64,000 bases of DNA from Oikopleura dioica (lineage: Eukaryota > Animalia > Chordata). The stretch is from contig OU015566.1 in NCBI GenBank assembly GCA_907165135.1, forward strand, positions 6,634,001-6,698,000, in the 5' to 3' direction. Shown here one piece after another: positions 42,032 to 56,056 of the stretch. How positions within the stretch are numbered: position 1 is the stretch's first letter; every line of letters starts with the position of its first letter. Below the pieces are notes generated by a model that had not been told where the DNA came from, did not search any database, and saw nothing but the letters and a program-made list of their open reading frames with translations. A program made the position numbers and the translations under genes.

Positions 42032-42735
42032 ATGAAGATTTTTGCCACCTTAGCTGCCATCGCTCGGGCAATCGACGATAACACCGCCACGAACTTGATT
42101 CAATCGGAGCTCAGCAGGTTTCCCACTAGAGATAATCATACTTATCAGTTTCCCAGAGGATCAATTTAAAGTCAATGAATTAAGATGCCAGTCGTACGGA
42201 ACCTACCACGAAACCTGCGTGGAGAATATCCGAAGTGCTTTTGCCCAGCGATACAACGTAAATGTCACGTGTGCTTACACATCTGACTGGATGAATGTCG
42301 GCGGCGTGACCTGGTGGTTCGGCAATGTTCAGAACTACGGAGCGGTCATGTGCGGCGAGTTGACTTACACTGATGTCAACCAGAAGTAAGTGCTCTCTCT
42401 GAGTCATCGTTACCGTACTCTATAAGGGGCAATGTTTTGACGGTAAACCTTCACATTCCTTCTTTTCTGTTCCAAAAATAACTCCTCTCGTTTCTAGTAT
42501 TTTGGATAGCTACAGCCGAGACGCTTCTTACGACTGCTGGGGCTTCTACGGGCAGCAGTACAACAACTGCGTCGCCAGCTACCTCAGTAACAACGCGGCC
42601 GACTACTTCTGCGCTGGAGCTCGATCCTACAATATCCTCGTCTCTGACCCTGCTTATCAGTACTGGGGCGGCTGGGGAGCAGCTTATTCCAACGCTGGCG
42701 AAGCTTACGTCATTGCTTACTGCATCTACCGATAG
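42032..42735 (+). CDS. Small secreted Tyr/Trp/Cys-rich two-domain protein (orphan)
   Basis: Signal MKIFATLAAIARA; three exons; two similar halves (CQSYGTYHETCVENI... / CWGFYGQQYNNCVASYL...); AATAAA just after the stop. Confidence 0.75.
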
Positions 42736-42945
42736 ACTTTGAATAAACGAATACTGACATTTCAAAATTTCTTGCTATTGAAACTCCTCAAATCTTCTGC
42801 AAATGCATGTCGATTCATCATAAAATATCGAAAATTCTGATGATATAATCAACTTTCATGAGAATTGTTTGATAAAAACATCTGGACTTTTCCATGGAAT
42901 CGCTTAATTTAAAATTTCTCTTGAAATTGACAGTAGACTAGAGAG

Positions 42946-44623
42946 ATGCTGCTGTGTCGGGCCCTTTTTCTATCATCAGTAACTGCGATTGAGCGAAGAA
43001 CGGATGTAGAATGCCAGTAAGTTTTGGAAGTAATTGATATAAATTGTAGTGGCTGCGCTTGAAAACAGTTTTGCTCAAAAATGTTTCAGAGATCAAGAAA
43101 TTCATGACAATTGCTTGACCGGTTGTCGACTCGTTTACATCGACTGTCTGTCGAACTGTGAATCATCGTTTTGCAACAGCGAATGCTTGCTCGAATTCCA
43201 AGGTATACTTTACCTCATGAGAAGGACCTTATATTTACTGATTTGAAGACTGCGATGCCTCCTGTCCTTGTGGCTACAACTGTCCCTCTGGATGCAAAGA
43301 CTGTGTCGACCATCCTCTTTGTGGCTCTGCTTGTGAAGATCCTCAAATCAACAATGATGAGTATCGATTGTGTGTAAATGAGGAAATCTACCAGCTGGAT
43401 TTGTGCTTGAAAGACTGTACCGCGGATTTAAATTGCCATGATTCCTGCTACGAGTCTTACAGAGAAGGCGTTTTACGGTGCCCATGCATGGAAGGGAGTT
43501 CAACAACGACCACTTCTCCTGCAACAACGACAGACTCCGGACCTATTTCGCCTGTAAGTTTTCATCAAAAATAATCATCACGAGTGTTTTCAGAGCGATA
43601 TTTTTATTCTTTCCATTTTGCACGATGTCGAGCTAAGCTATCTCATGAATGGGGATGGGTCGTCGAATTTTCCTGCTAATATAACTCAACAGATGCAAGA
43701 TCAAGTCACCTACTCAAAGCATGCGATGATTCAGGACACTCTTTATATCTTTGGAACGCAAACCAAAGTATTTCTTCCTCACATAGGATTACAGAGTAAA
43801 ATTAATCATCATTCATAGATCGCAAAACTTGATGGTTGCAATATTGTCGAGCTCGCACAAAAATTACTCTTCGATCGATCCGAGCATACGGAAGCTTTGT
43901 CCATTGATGATGGAACGAGAGGTACATCCTTGCTTCTTATTGCGCTCAGAAAGATCTTTAGCACTGATTTGCTTCGCCTATACAAATTACCAGAATTTGC
44001 CCGTTTGTGAGATATTTGATGGAGAGGCCTCTGAAGTCACATTCAACTCGTCCGCTACCCATCTTCATGGAGGTCTTGGTTTTTATAAAGGGCAGCCAAC
44101 AACAACCGGATGCCACAGAGAAAAACATCCAAAGACGGAGACTTTGGGCGTGAATGGGTGGACAGATTTACCTGACTTTCCAGAGTATGTTCCGCATGTC
44201 AGGGTCTTTATTTGAATTCATTCTTCGTGTCTTTCAGAAAACCGGAAGCTTGCCATAATCTTATTGGTTTGCGGAACGGTGCAATGATTCTTGTTGGCGG
44301 ATATTCTTATACGCCTCGAATTTGGCAATTGAAAGATGAAACATGGACGAAACTTGGCGAATTAGAAATGGTTAGCTTTGAGGGAATAATTTCAAACTCA
44401 AAAATGTTTGTTTCAGGAACATGGACTTGGATCCGCAATTTACATCAACAATTACATCTTTGTCTACCCAGGAGGTCCGGCCAATGACGCTGGACATGCT
44501 GTTCAACGAATCGATTTGACAGATGAAGAAGAGTTCATCTCATCAGAAATCATTGGAACTCATTCTGGATGGTACAAACACCCGATTCTGTATGTCGCAC
44601 CTGAAGACTACTGTGTTGAATAA
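42946..44623 (+). CDS. Secreted Cys-rich + Thr-linker + kelch-like beta-propeller protein
   Basis: Signal peptide; CxxxC helical Cys repeats and CDASCPCGYNCPSGC; kelch-like LYIFG, LVGGY and IWQL motifs; many ~45-nt introns. Confidence 0.75.
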
Positions 44624-44999
44624 TGATAAGAACGCTGTTTTGTCAAAAAAGTATTGATAAAGTCCTTGTCAAATAAAGAATGAGAAGTTTTGCAAATTTT
44701 TGCAGATTTTTCAAAACCAAGGAATAAAAACACACTTTGAGATGTCGAACTGTCAGTCAAAAGGCTGCAGCGACGACTCTCATAAACGAGTTTTTACAAT
44801 CGCTATTTTCATTATAGATTTTTCTCTTCTAGAGATCACTTGCGATGATTATTGATGAAGATAATAAAAGGATTGCAAATGCATTTTCAAAAACAAGAGT
44901 TAGGGTATTTTATTTTTGAGTCTATCTGCTGCCAGATATAAAATGTTATGTTAGTGCCTTGATTGCGATTGCGTTGGTACTTTGCGACGGAAAGGAAAG

Positions 45000-47900
45000 A
45001 GAGTGTACTTATTTCCTGAAGAAGTTTTAGCCACTCGAAGTATTCGTACGCAAAAACATGATTTCAAAAAGAAGAAATTGTTGATCAAAAAAGTCAGCCT
45101 CGCTGAGCACGGAAACTCTACCAACCCCCAGCAGTACACTTATCTTACACTCGGTTCTATTTTCTGGATTACAATCATGCTTATAGGTAAATTTATCTAT
45201 AAGGTATATTAATTCGCTTATTTCTTTTGAAGCCAATTACGTCTCCCTGCAAAAATTAAATCGAGGTGGCACTACTTTCCTGACTTCCACCTGTCATAGA
45301 AATTACAAAGAATGCGTTAAAATAGCAACGATGGACTACTGCGGCCATTTGATGAAGCAATGTTACGAGACTGAAGAGTTTATCCTTCCTGCACCCTTCG
45401 TCGAAATAGAGTCAGAAGAGGAAGAAGCTCTCACTTATTCTAAGGAAGATAACGAAGTCAATCTCCGCCGCTGCCAAAAGAAAAATTTTTACGACCAGAA
45501 AATCTGTCGTCATCTTTGTTCAACAACGCTTGTTCTGGAATCAACAACGAGTACTTCCATTTCCCCTGCGAATCAATTTGCTTTGATTTGACAAGGTCTT
45601 CTCGTTCTGGTGAAATTTGTCCTGGTCAGAGATATTGCTCAAGCGGCTGTCCTTGTCCATTTTACAAGTGTGAAAAAAACTTCTCCCAGCAGAGATTAAG
45701 TCCTCTTTTTGATCTTAACCAGTCGGGAAATCAATCTATGTCGTCGGGTTCAATCTCAAGAAGGTCAGCATCGTCGTCAACGTATTCACCGTCAACAATG
45801 TCAACAGTGTCGACAATGTCAACAACGAAAACGGCATCGTCAAAGATGTCGACATCGACAACAAGAGCAACAAGAACCGCTATGCCAACAGAGTCATCTT
45901 CAACACAATCAACGTCGACGGAGACAACAATATATTATGATTATGAGCAATATGATGGAGAGGAAGTCATAGAATTCATTTCTATGGAAGAGACGATGAG
46001 AGAACAAAAGTTTCCGATCATTCTTTCTGATTTTCAAGAAAAATCAATGAAAATTAATGTTTCGGATGACTTTTTCCCTTATGAATGTTTTTGTTTGTTC
46101 ACTTATTTTTTTATCGAAACCAAAAAAACAAAAACTCGCTACATAGTCGATTGGTGCAACCTTTCTCAATGGCGAACATTACTTGGTCGATGCTATTGGA
46201 AATCTCATGAAAGTAAAAGAAAAAGACCTTTCCTCGGTATTGATTGCGAATCGTCAAAAGAACATGTAGGGGCGAGTACTTTTCAGTGATTTAATTTGTC
46301 ATTAACCCGTTAACAGGCGCGTGGCTGTCTCACGGCCACGCAGCCTTTGGAGAGCGATAAGATAGGCGAAAGTCTATTTTTTGTCGAAAATTTTTGTATT
46401 TCTTGAAAATTCAATCAATTCTCTGTCTGCTAGTATAAATTTGAAAAAAATCGGCCTGAAATTCTGCTCAGGAGACGCGAAAGAAAAATTTCAGTCAGCG
46501 AAAAAAGGGAAAACGTAATACAAATCGCCCGCCTTTTCCCTTCTTTCCCTTTTTCTTCAATCTCTGCGCCGAAAATGATGCAACTTTGACCTCAATTTTC
46601 AACCCCTAAACGAATCATAAAAATAAAAAAACTACATCTAGAAGAAAGAGAAGACGCTTCTGAATCATTTTGTCTCTTGAGAATTCTATTTTATCATCCC
46701 TAATTCTCAGAAAACACCAAAAGGTGCGTGGACTTCAGACAGCCACGCGCCCGTTAACGCATAAGATCGGATGCCCAGTTAACGGGTTAATAAGAGGATT
46801 CTTCGTCTTCCACTTTGGATCGTCGATCGGAACGCATCAAATCGAGATTCGCCTGAAGCAAAAAGACACAAAGGTTTTCTTCGTTGTTGTCATTTGAAAA
46901 AGGTCTTGAAATAATCGACACTCCATTTCGCTAGTCATTTCGATCTTTAAAAAGTTCCCCAACTGGAAGAACGGACAAGTGCTACAACTACGCTCCAGAC
47001 TACAATCTGGACCGCTTCGAAGAAGCTCAGGGTTACATCGCCAGCAATCATTTCAACGCGAAAGTTTCGTCAACCAGCCTGAGAGGGACATTTTATTTGA
47101 TGAGTGTTCGAATGGGAGACTACTATATTAAACTCTCACAAACCATTGCATTGAATCGGATCAGAAAAAACGAAGAGCTTGAGAAAGGTTGGAGAAAGAA
47201 TGAAATTGCATTGCCTGCTGAATTTAGAGGCTTGGACCCTGTCCATGTCATTCCTTTGTCAAGAGTTGAAAATATTTTTAAAAAGTTTTTAACCCATACT
47301 TTTTCACCTCAAAACAGACAGACGCGGAAAGACTGCTTTTGATTCTAGTGACAAGGAGCATTGTACTTTCAAATACACTGTACTCATTGTTGTTGGAAGC
47401 GGAAGGAAAGTTCATCGTTGTCGGCAGCGAATGGATTGGTTCTCTGGTTAAATACGAAGAAGAATCGCTCTGTTATTCGAAATTATTTGCTTCAGATGAT
47501 CGAAATTATACGGATCGGGGTGGATTCATCAACGACGAATGCGAGTACTTTGGAATTGGAGTCATGAACGACGAGAGGATTCTCATTCAGAACTACGTTT
47601 TTGATGCTTCATTTGAGATAGAATTTCATTTCGGGAAGGATTATAAATATTTTCCTAACTTCATAATCGTAGAGCATCGTAAAGGAAGCAGTTCATTAAA
47701 TCCACTGAAGATAATATCGAAATCGAGTTTGTTCAGCAAAAGCCTAAAAGGCAAATGTATGTGACAAGCAATCCCTTTTTCGCATTTCACGACGATGTCT
47801 TTCCCAGCTTTGCCAAAAATGCCGCATCGCAGCCTCGATTTCCGGGGACGTATCATCAAAGAACAATTGTTCCGGATGAGCTTTTTTCTTCGCTTGCAGA

Positions 47901-49488
47901 GTTTGATCATATTTCAACTATCGAGATCAATTCAACTCGAAAGGAATTGTGTGAGTTGGAAATCGACGCAAATTATCGAGTTTTGCCAAAAGTAACCGAC
48001 ATTTTTGGTTGGATGTTTTTTGACGGAACGACTTTGATGAGACTCAAAATTGGGGAGAATGGCTCTCTTTGGTTGGAATCAGATTATTTCGATCAGCGCA
48101 TTTACTTGCAATCTCATGTGTCAGAGCTGACGTATTTGACATTTTATTTCAATTCAGCAAACTCATTCGATGAAATTTTTGTTGAAGTTGTCGAGGACAA
48201 TCAACGAAAAGGCGATTCTCGTTCACAAATAAAGATAACCGGACTTGAAAATATCAAAAACAAGAAAGTGCGGATTTTCAAGTTCGACAGTGACACGAAA
48301 ATTAGAAATTTCATCTGCAGACCTGTTTTCACTTCGCAGATTAATGTTATTCAACCTGATTTTTATGGAAATGATAGAACATACGCATTATTGCCGGACG
48401 GGTCAAGAATCAACAATGTATTCTTCAAGGGTCCATTTTATTATAAGAAAAGCGTCTCACAGTATCTTTTCGAGGCGAGATACGCTATGGTCAAAGATAT
48501 GCTATACATTTTCGGAGGAGAGTTTGATGGTCGAAAAGTAATAGAAAAAATAAAATTCATGTATATTTTTCTTTATAGATCGCTCGATTAGATGAGTGCC
48601 GATTCGTGAAATTAGCGGTCAGGCTTTCAAATGAATATTTGGTCAGTTTTTCAGCAATAAATCTTGAACGAGGAAGCAAAGGTATGTATTTCATTTTGGT
48701 TTTATAAAGAGGCTTATTAAAAATTAGCGATAATTTGTTTTGATGAAGAGTATGAAACAGACTGCGAGTTCTTTGACGGATCTAATGTAACAACAACTTA
48801 TCACACGCATGAACCACACACGGGAGGTCAACTAGCTCTTTACAATCGTCGCGTTATCGCAATTGGAGGAACGGAAGCAGAAGGAACAGTTGAGGTGCTC
48901 ACAGAATATGGCTGGATAATTTTCGTTAAGCATCCGAGGTAGATAAAAAAAAAAACAAAAACTCGGAACTTTCAAAAATTACCGTAGATCATTGGAAACC
49001 TTTTCTGCAGTTGGTCTTCCTTCTGGAAGCGTTTTGACTATTGGAGGATGGGAATTGAGGTCAAGTGAAAGATTGAGTGAAATCTGGAAATTAATGGACC
49101 GCGAGTGGTCATTACTCGGCTCACTATCAAAAGTACACAGTAATACACGATGAAAATTAAGGATGAACTACAGGACACCCTATCAAACATATTATTACTT
49201 AGATAATTTCAGCCCGTCTCTTATTCATCAAGTATTCTTTTGGATGAAGACGTTTATGTTTTTCCCGGTTGGTTTTACGGAGATGAATCTTTGATTCAAA
49301 AGATTACGCTAGTTCAAGGTTTAGAAGTTTTCACCTAACTATCAGGCGATCCAGATAATGATAATTTTCTAAATTCTTAAAAAGACCAAGACGAAAAAAT
49401 TGTCGAAAGCAAAATAATTTCAGAGCAAGGTTACGAGCCCGTATATCCGATTATTTTTCTATCTTCTGTAAACTACTGTAAGTTGTAG
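45000..49488 (+). CDS. Larger paralog of the Cys-rich/kelch-like family with N-terminal TM and Ser/Thr mucin-like linker (start uncertain)
   Basis: CPGQRYCSSGCPC; ST-rich tract 45740-45935; LYIFGG, AIGG and TIGGW kelch-like blades; C-term YPIIF..NYC parallels HPILY..DYC of the upstream gene. Confidence 0.65.
46306..46786. mobile_element. piggyBac-like MITE in an intron
   Basis: TTAA-cccgttaac / gttaacggg-TTAA; internal inverted repeat ggcgcgtggctgtct / agacagccacgcgcc. Confidence 0.88.
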
Positions 49489-49647
49489 ACTCTCCAATCA
49501 ACAGAATAGTCTATTGAAGAAATAAAAGCTTGCTTATTTTTCACTTTTTATCTTGTTTGCCTTTCTTTTTATTGACGAGAGGTAGATATGTTTTATACAG
49601 TGATGTTAGACGAATGAAGATTAAGAATTTAAAATGACTCGAAGTCA

Positions 49648-52600
49648 CTATAAATCAGTTCTGAAGTCAAGATCAATCCCAGTATCAGCTTCTTCCAAGC
49701 ATGTGACTTGCAGGTTCTTCTTTGGCATGCGCGTTAGTGTGGCATTGAGAGAGATACTCTCAAGATTTCTTGAGTCAGAGAAAGGATCAGAAGATTCAAA
49801 AAGCTTCATCACTTTTTCCATCTTCGGTTGGGCATCCATGGCGGCGAAGTTTAGTGAGCGCTCTGTAAGAGCACTGTGGATTGAAGACAACGAGGAGAAT
49901 ATCGAATTAGCGCCCTATGAAAGACGACGTTTGTCTTGGTTTCGGACAATTTTTTACCTCGTAATGGTAGAGCTGAAGAGAATCATAAGGCGCGATATTG
50001 TACTGGTTCGAAACATTGGCGACTTTTTTCTTCAACGAATCCGTATATTCTTTTGGAACGATTCCATTCTGCTTTGAATTCCGTTGCATCGTTTCTTTTT
50101 GCAGCAGCTGCAAGTTGTAATCTGCTGGGCCGGGCTCTTCCCCTGCTTCTTCCGCATATTGAACCTAGGGGAAATTTTACATCGACCTTTTCTTTTGACT
50201 CTTACGATGTTCTCTCGAATATCATCGTCGAAATTGTCCATGGGCGGAAGCTCGCAGTTGAATTGCTTCTGGACTCTTCTCTTTCGCCAGGCAGTGAAAA
50301 TGATGATCGTCACGAGTGAGAATCCAACAGCAACAATTACAGCGACAGCGAGCTACAAAATGATGAGCTTTTGACAGTGCGTTTTTGATTACCTGAGCTT
50401 TCATAGGAGGCGATCCAATGATAGCGTCGCAACTTGATGACATTGATTCTTTGTCATTACAAGAACATGTATTGATGATCAGGTCGTATTCTTCTTCGTA
50501 TTTGTTGTCTGAAACGATGACTGGCAATTTCATCCCTGCTGCAATTCTGGAGTCGTCGTTTGTCCGGATAGAAACGGTAGCCCAGCCAGCTAGAATTTCC
50601 GTAAAAGAATGAAGAAGGAGGGATTATGTTACCTCCAGATTCGATAATGACGAGCTCGATTCCATTCCAGGCGCTAGAACGAGAATTTTGACGAATTTCG
50701 ATCTTGGGGCTCGCTTGATAATCGGGATCAGTAAAGTTGATGCTAAAGAATTTCATCAGAAAGTGAAACGATAAATTATAATTTCAGAAAAGTCGTCTTG
50801 CTATTCGCCATATTTACTTTGAGCTCCAGGATGGATTGTTAACACAGTAAGTTATCGTCATCGATCCACTTGGTCTCGGTTTCATGTCGTTCTTGTCAAT
50901 AATGTTGATTTCGACGATTCCTGAACCAGCTGGTCCGACAGAAGGAGTTGCTAGAACTTCTAGTTTGTAGCTTTCTTGGGCCTCAAAGTCGAGTCTTCTG
51001 TTCGTGGTGATTCGGCCGCTTTGAGAATCGATATCGAAAGGTACTTCTTCAGAGTTGCCGATGGAATAGCTAAACATGCGTTAAGAATTATTCAGTGAAC
51101 ATTCTTTGGGTATTATTTTAGCAATCGAGGGCGGTTTCTAAAAAAAAGGTTTTTGGGGGCTTAGACAATGTCTAGCCTTTCTGTTTTGACATGTAAGGGT
51201 TTATCTTGGGCTTACCCCTTCATGTTCTTTTTTTGATTAGTTGCTAGCTCAGTATAATAGAAATAAGCCCCGTTTATTCTATAGAAGTATCAGCGTCACG
51301 ATCGGACGAATCTCATTTCTGATCCACTCAGTGCTCGGCGCTTACCTAAACGAATCTCCCTCAGGATCCGAAGCTAATCCCGAGGAATTGGCAATTGCCG
51401 TCCCAGGCGGCAGGTTTTCCTCGACAAAGAGCCGACGCTCCGAAACGACGGGTGGTTCATCAACGTTGATGACTTTAACTTGCACTTGAGCCTTGGCGAT
51501 GGTGTTTTCCGCGTTCTGGAGCTTTTCTTTGCTGAAAAATTGATGAGGATGACGGGATGGTCAATTTCGTTGATCTCTGGGGCTTGGGTTTTGGCCTCTC
51601 TTAGATTCATTAAAGCTATATTCCTCTTCCTTGATTTCAATTTTGGATAAGTTCAAATCTTGATACAGGCATTAATGTTTCTAACTTATTATTAGAGCTA
51701 CTGTAATTATTTTTTCTTTGCAAGAAAAACACGGAAAATAAATCAGTTTATCGGGCAATTTGTACCTGTAAGCCGTGAGCTCAAATTTGTGCACTTGATT
51801 TGGCGGAAAATCGCGTTCTGCGTCGAGCTGTTTTGTCGTTTTGATAATTGCTTGGCTCTGATCGTCAGACACATGCACGGAAAAAGAGGCAGTTTCGTCA
51901 TTGACGAGTCGGACGACGACATCTGCGTTCGATCCCGTGTCTGGGTCGACGATGTCTACGCGCATGACCTCAGCGCCGATCAGTACGTCTTCCCTGACGC
52001 TGCCAGAGTATTCGGCCATGGCGAACTTTGGCGCAAAATCGTTGATGTCCGCCAATTTCACCTGAATCTTCACGCGTTCTGATTTCTGCGCAGGGACGCC
52101 CATATCTTCCGCCCAAATGAAAAAATCGAGTGAATCGTCAATCGGTTGATTTTCCCGATCGAGTTTTTCATCGAACGCTGCTTTCAGAGTTATCAAAGGT
52201 TCATATCGTTCTCTGAACATTATTGTTATTGAAAGGGAATAAAAAATGCACGAAGCGCTCACTTTTTCTCATTGAAGCAGGTCTTCACTTGAAAGTACTC
52301 CGAATCGATTTTGAATTCAAAGTCGCCAAAGTTGTAGCCAACTTCGCATTCTTCCAGTCCTTTCCGGTCTGTTCTCAAGTCTTTATCTTCAACGACGATT
52401 TCGTCGACGTTGGAAATCGGCGTCAGTTGTGTGCCAGCTTTGGCGTGCTCCTTTATTTCGAAGTTGTAGAAGGACTTGTCGAAAGTTGGACGATTGTCGT
52501 TTCCGTCACTGACGATCAGGTTGAAGGACTTCTTCCTTTCGAGGACGTTGCCGTTGGAGTCTTCGGCAGAAATCGTCATTTTGTAAACATCCTTCGTTTC

Positions 52601-53470
52601 CCGGTCAAGCGGCTTGGCGAGAGAAACAAGGCCATTGGAATCGATCTTAATTTATGATGAGAATGAAATAGAATGAACGATTTTAGAATAAAGCTAAAAT
52701 ATATTTGAAAGGAGTGACAATCAATAATTTATTTCATTATTGATCTGAAAAGGAAAGTGTTCTATTTTTCTTTGTCCTTCTTTCCGCCCCAAAAAGTCAA
52801 AAATAAATGTTTCCATTGCCGAATGAAAATAGCTGTTTATTATGGGCGGAACATTTGTCAGCGGAAACATGTGTACCTTGAAAGTGGTCGCCGGTTTGCC
52901 ATCTTCAAGGAGTGTGTATTGGACGTTTTTCGCGCTTTCGAGCACGGTTGACTTCTTTGAAGCGTCGAAGATGGTGTGCCCGACTCGTTTGCGGGACTCG
53001 TGGACGAAGACGTTTTCGTTGTCCCATTTTGCAAGTGAGAGCTGAATTCGAAATGAAATTATTAGCTTGAAATCTTATTGAAGAAAATAATCAGTTTATG
53101 GGAGCAAAATAAGGTCGTTTTCTAACTTTTGAAAATGCGTAAAATTGATAATGAAAAATCAATGTCTGACTTTTTCGCCAAGAAAGTTTCAGTCCCCCAG
53201 TGGCGTGATAATCAGATCGGACTTGACGGGCGCACGCGCTGGGTGAAATCACGTGAATCTAATTACTCCGACAATGGTAGGTAATGAGATTCCCTCGATG
53301 GTAGCTCCTTTCGGGACCCTCTTGGGGATGTAGCTCGCGTAAAAACCGCGATTATGTCCTATCTCCTCCGCGGTGACTGTATATTCGATTCTCGGAATAA
53401 GAAAACTGGACCGGGTCCAAAGACAAGCGCAGATTAGCGACGATTCTGCGCAGCAGGAGGATGAACGCAC
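49648..53470 (-). CDS. Classical cadherin (EC repeats, TM, p120- and beta-catenin-binding tail); probable first exon at 55389-55415
   Basis: LDRE, DGNDNRPTF, DINDFAPKF, LDFE and DKND motifs; EC5-type CSC..C; TM; spliced DDDIRENIVQYAEEAGEE; APYDSLQLYHYE. Confidence 0.9.
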
Positions 53471-55636
53471 TACTACGTATTATAAAGAATAATTGGCGAT
53501 TTGGCCGAGATTCGGGTCTTTGTCTTCTGAGCGATTTAAAAACCTTGATTACTGTCAGACAGTTTAACCCGCTTTTTAAGGTTTTATGAAGTCGACACCC
53601 TTAAAATTGATATCTGTACTACTCAAATTCAAGGGCGAACAAACCAGGCAACGCTTACAGAAGTAAATATTCTGAGAGCCCCTCTAAATCACCAGGTTTT
53701 ATCACTTGCTGGCCACGTCTCACACTCATGATAAATTGACAAGTTCCATTAGCAAAAAAGAAGCACTCGTTTTTGGGAACTGGGCATGAATTCAGAATGA
53801 AGCGAGTTTTACTTCGCCATTGGCAAAAAATTGAAACTCATTGCCTGACTGACTTCCTACTGCGATAGTTGTCCATAATTGATGCCACTGTCAACGAGTG
53901 TGTGTAAGGTCACAGGCAGCGGGGTGCAGCATCGATCAACCTCTTTTACTGGAGATACGCGTGTGCCTAAAAAGTGCGGATGATTGCCCCAGGGCACAAG
54001 TTGAATTAGGTCAGAAGCATGCTGAAATGCAAATTGAAGGACTTTCTTTTCGATTTTTATCAAATTTTTTTTTGCTTAAATAATAATGACGAGTTCGATG
54101 ATGGATTTTCCGGAGCACGTGAGAAGGTGGAAGCAACTCCCGGTGCCCAAAACAAATTTAGACTGTCACTTGGACTGACTTGCCGGCAGCCGGCGAAGAG
54201 TTCCCAATAAGGTTATTCAAACTGTATGCGAAATGTCACCCTTCGCGCCGACAAATTTGCCCTCCGGCGAGTGGGGCTCGTATTTGCCAGAAAAGATAAG
54301 CGAATTGCCCGGCAAATGATATCAGTAAGAACATAATGAGAAAATACCGATAGTGTGAGAGCCGTTTAGCTAAAAAAAGGACAGCTCGACCACCATGGTC
54401 TGTCAGTCGATAAATGTGTTGACGGGCACTTGACGGACATGAATGCGCACCCGTCAGTGACACTCAGAAGGCGATACCACAATTCCGATAAAAATTCTCG
54501 GCAACCGACAAAAATAACTCTTTCAAGTGTCCAATTCCTTTTCAAGCATTTTTTCGCTGCCAAAAAATGATTGGCTCCAACAAAGGAAAAAACCGGCTTC
54601 CTGCACCTTACAATAAAACCGATGATTAATACCCCGAAAGCTGAAAAATTTAACGAGCTGCTTGAGAAGGGCTTGAATTGAGCTGCGTACGGCTTGTGCA
54701 GCTCCAACCGCGGCGGAAAGAAACCGCAGCCAGGATTGAGGGCGCATCCTCGCTCTCTTTCGAGTGGGCTCATATGGCAGGCAATATGTGCGGTCTTATA
54801 TTATCACCGCAAAAGGTCACCTGCCGCTACTCATGGCCGCGCCGTTGGAAGATATACCACCTGTTGATTTAGCGGTATTCCGGAATCGGAATATATTTGC
54901 GCATGATTTATTGAACCCTCCGCGGAAGATCGAGGATCGAGTGCTTGTTTTGCACTTTAGCAAGAAAAAATAATATTCTTTGAAGTTCTTATAAAAGACA
55001 ACTCTTGATCTGAAGCTCCTGGTAATGTCTTTTATCTATCATTTTCAGCTATAAGTTCTGGCTGGTGATTCCTTCATCTGCGCGCACATTATTCCCAAAT
55101 TAGCCAAATGCTCAAGGGGATTACTGTAATATCACCGTCTCTCCGAGCTGGATAAAGTCGGCCCCGACCCATCTGCTGGTCTTTTTTTTTAATTATATTC
55201 TACTTGTTCTATTGTGCGGGAGGATTAGCCGCCCCTGATTGATCTGGCAGACAGAAGGGATCAAGGCCGAAGTGACTATTTTTTTCAAGTGTATTTTGGA
55301 CATTTGCCGGATCTGCTTTAAAAATTTTGCTAGTTCAAGTTTTTGAAATTTGATCAAAATTGCCACTTTACGAAAGCTCTCAACTTACCCCGATAAGAAT
55401 CGAAAGTTTCTTCATTCTCTCTTGATTCCCCTTTCTTCAGCTTGTTCTTCGCACTTTCATACAGTAAGAATCTCTGTTTGTTAGTTTCAATATTCAACCA
55501 AAAAAAGGGTTCTTGAAAAAAAGGTTGTTATCGTTGTTTCTTTGTTTGTCGTAGCTGTCCGTGGAGCAGCTGGTAGACGCGCTGACGATATTCACAAAGT
55601 GGATTTTCAATTTTTCTCGGAGAAAGAAAAAATAAA

Positions 55637-55680
55637 AGCGGCGCGCTGCGTCCGCGAGATGGCGGCACGCGCAAATTGGG
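55637..55680. promoter_or_regulatory. GC-rich patch with a YY1-like motif upstream of the cadherin
   Basis: gagatggcggc (AAGATGGCGGC-like) within a short CpG-rich island ~240 nt upstream of the putative cadherin ATG. Confidence 0.35.
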
Positions 55681-56056
55681 AAGCGCTAATCGTCCTTTTT
55701 ATTGAATTTACTTTTTATTCAATTAATTTTTCGAACTTTTTATTTAAAAATTATGAAAAATTTATTGTCATAAAACAATTAATAATTATTACAATTTTTT
55801 ATGCATAAATTTGGCTTCGAATAATCGTAATTTTCTCAATAAATCTTAATTTTTTCGGGAAAATTCGCGGCTCAAGAATCGGATCTATCGTTAAAAAGTA
55901 TTTCCTACTTCAGATTATTGATTTTTTCATAACTATTCATCATTATTACAATATGTCTTTTTCCAGTGCTCTAAAATCAATCGCTTCGTCATTATTTCTT
56001 CCATTTCGATATTAATACTCTCAATATTATAGAAGGTATTGAGTTGAATGATTTAA

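Noticed and set aside
49634-52657. Several plus-strand ORFs over the cadherin
   Set aside because: Antisense shadows of cadherin exons; the same applies to shadows over LSD1, the cullins, the GH-like gene and the PLA2-like gene.
53500-55380. Short ORFs upstream of the cadherin exons
   Set aside because: No coherent splice pattern or homology; more likely a long first intron.
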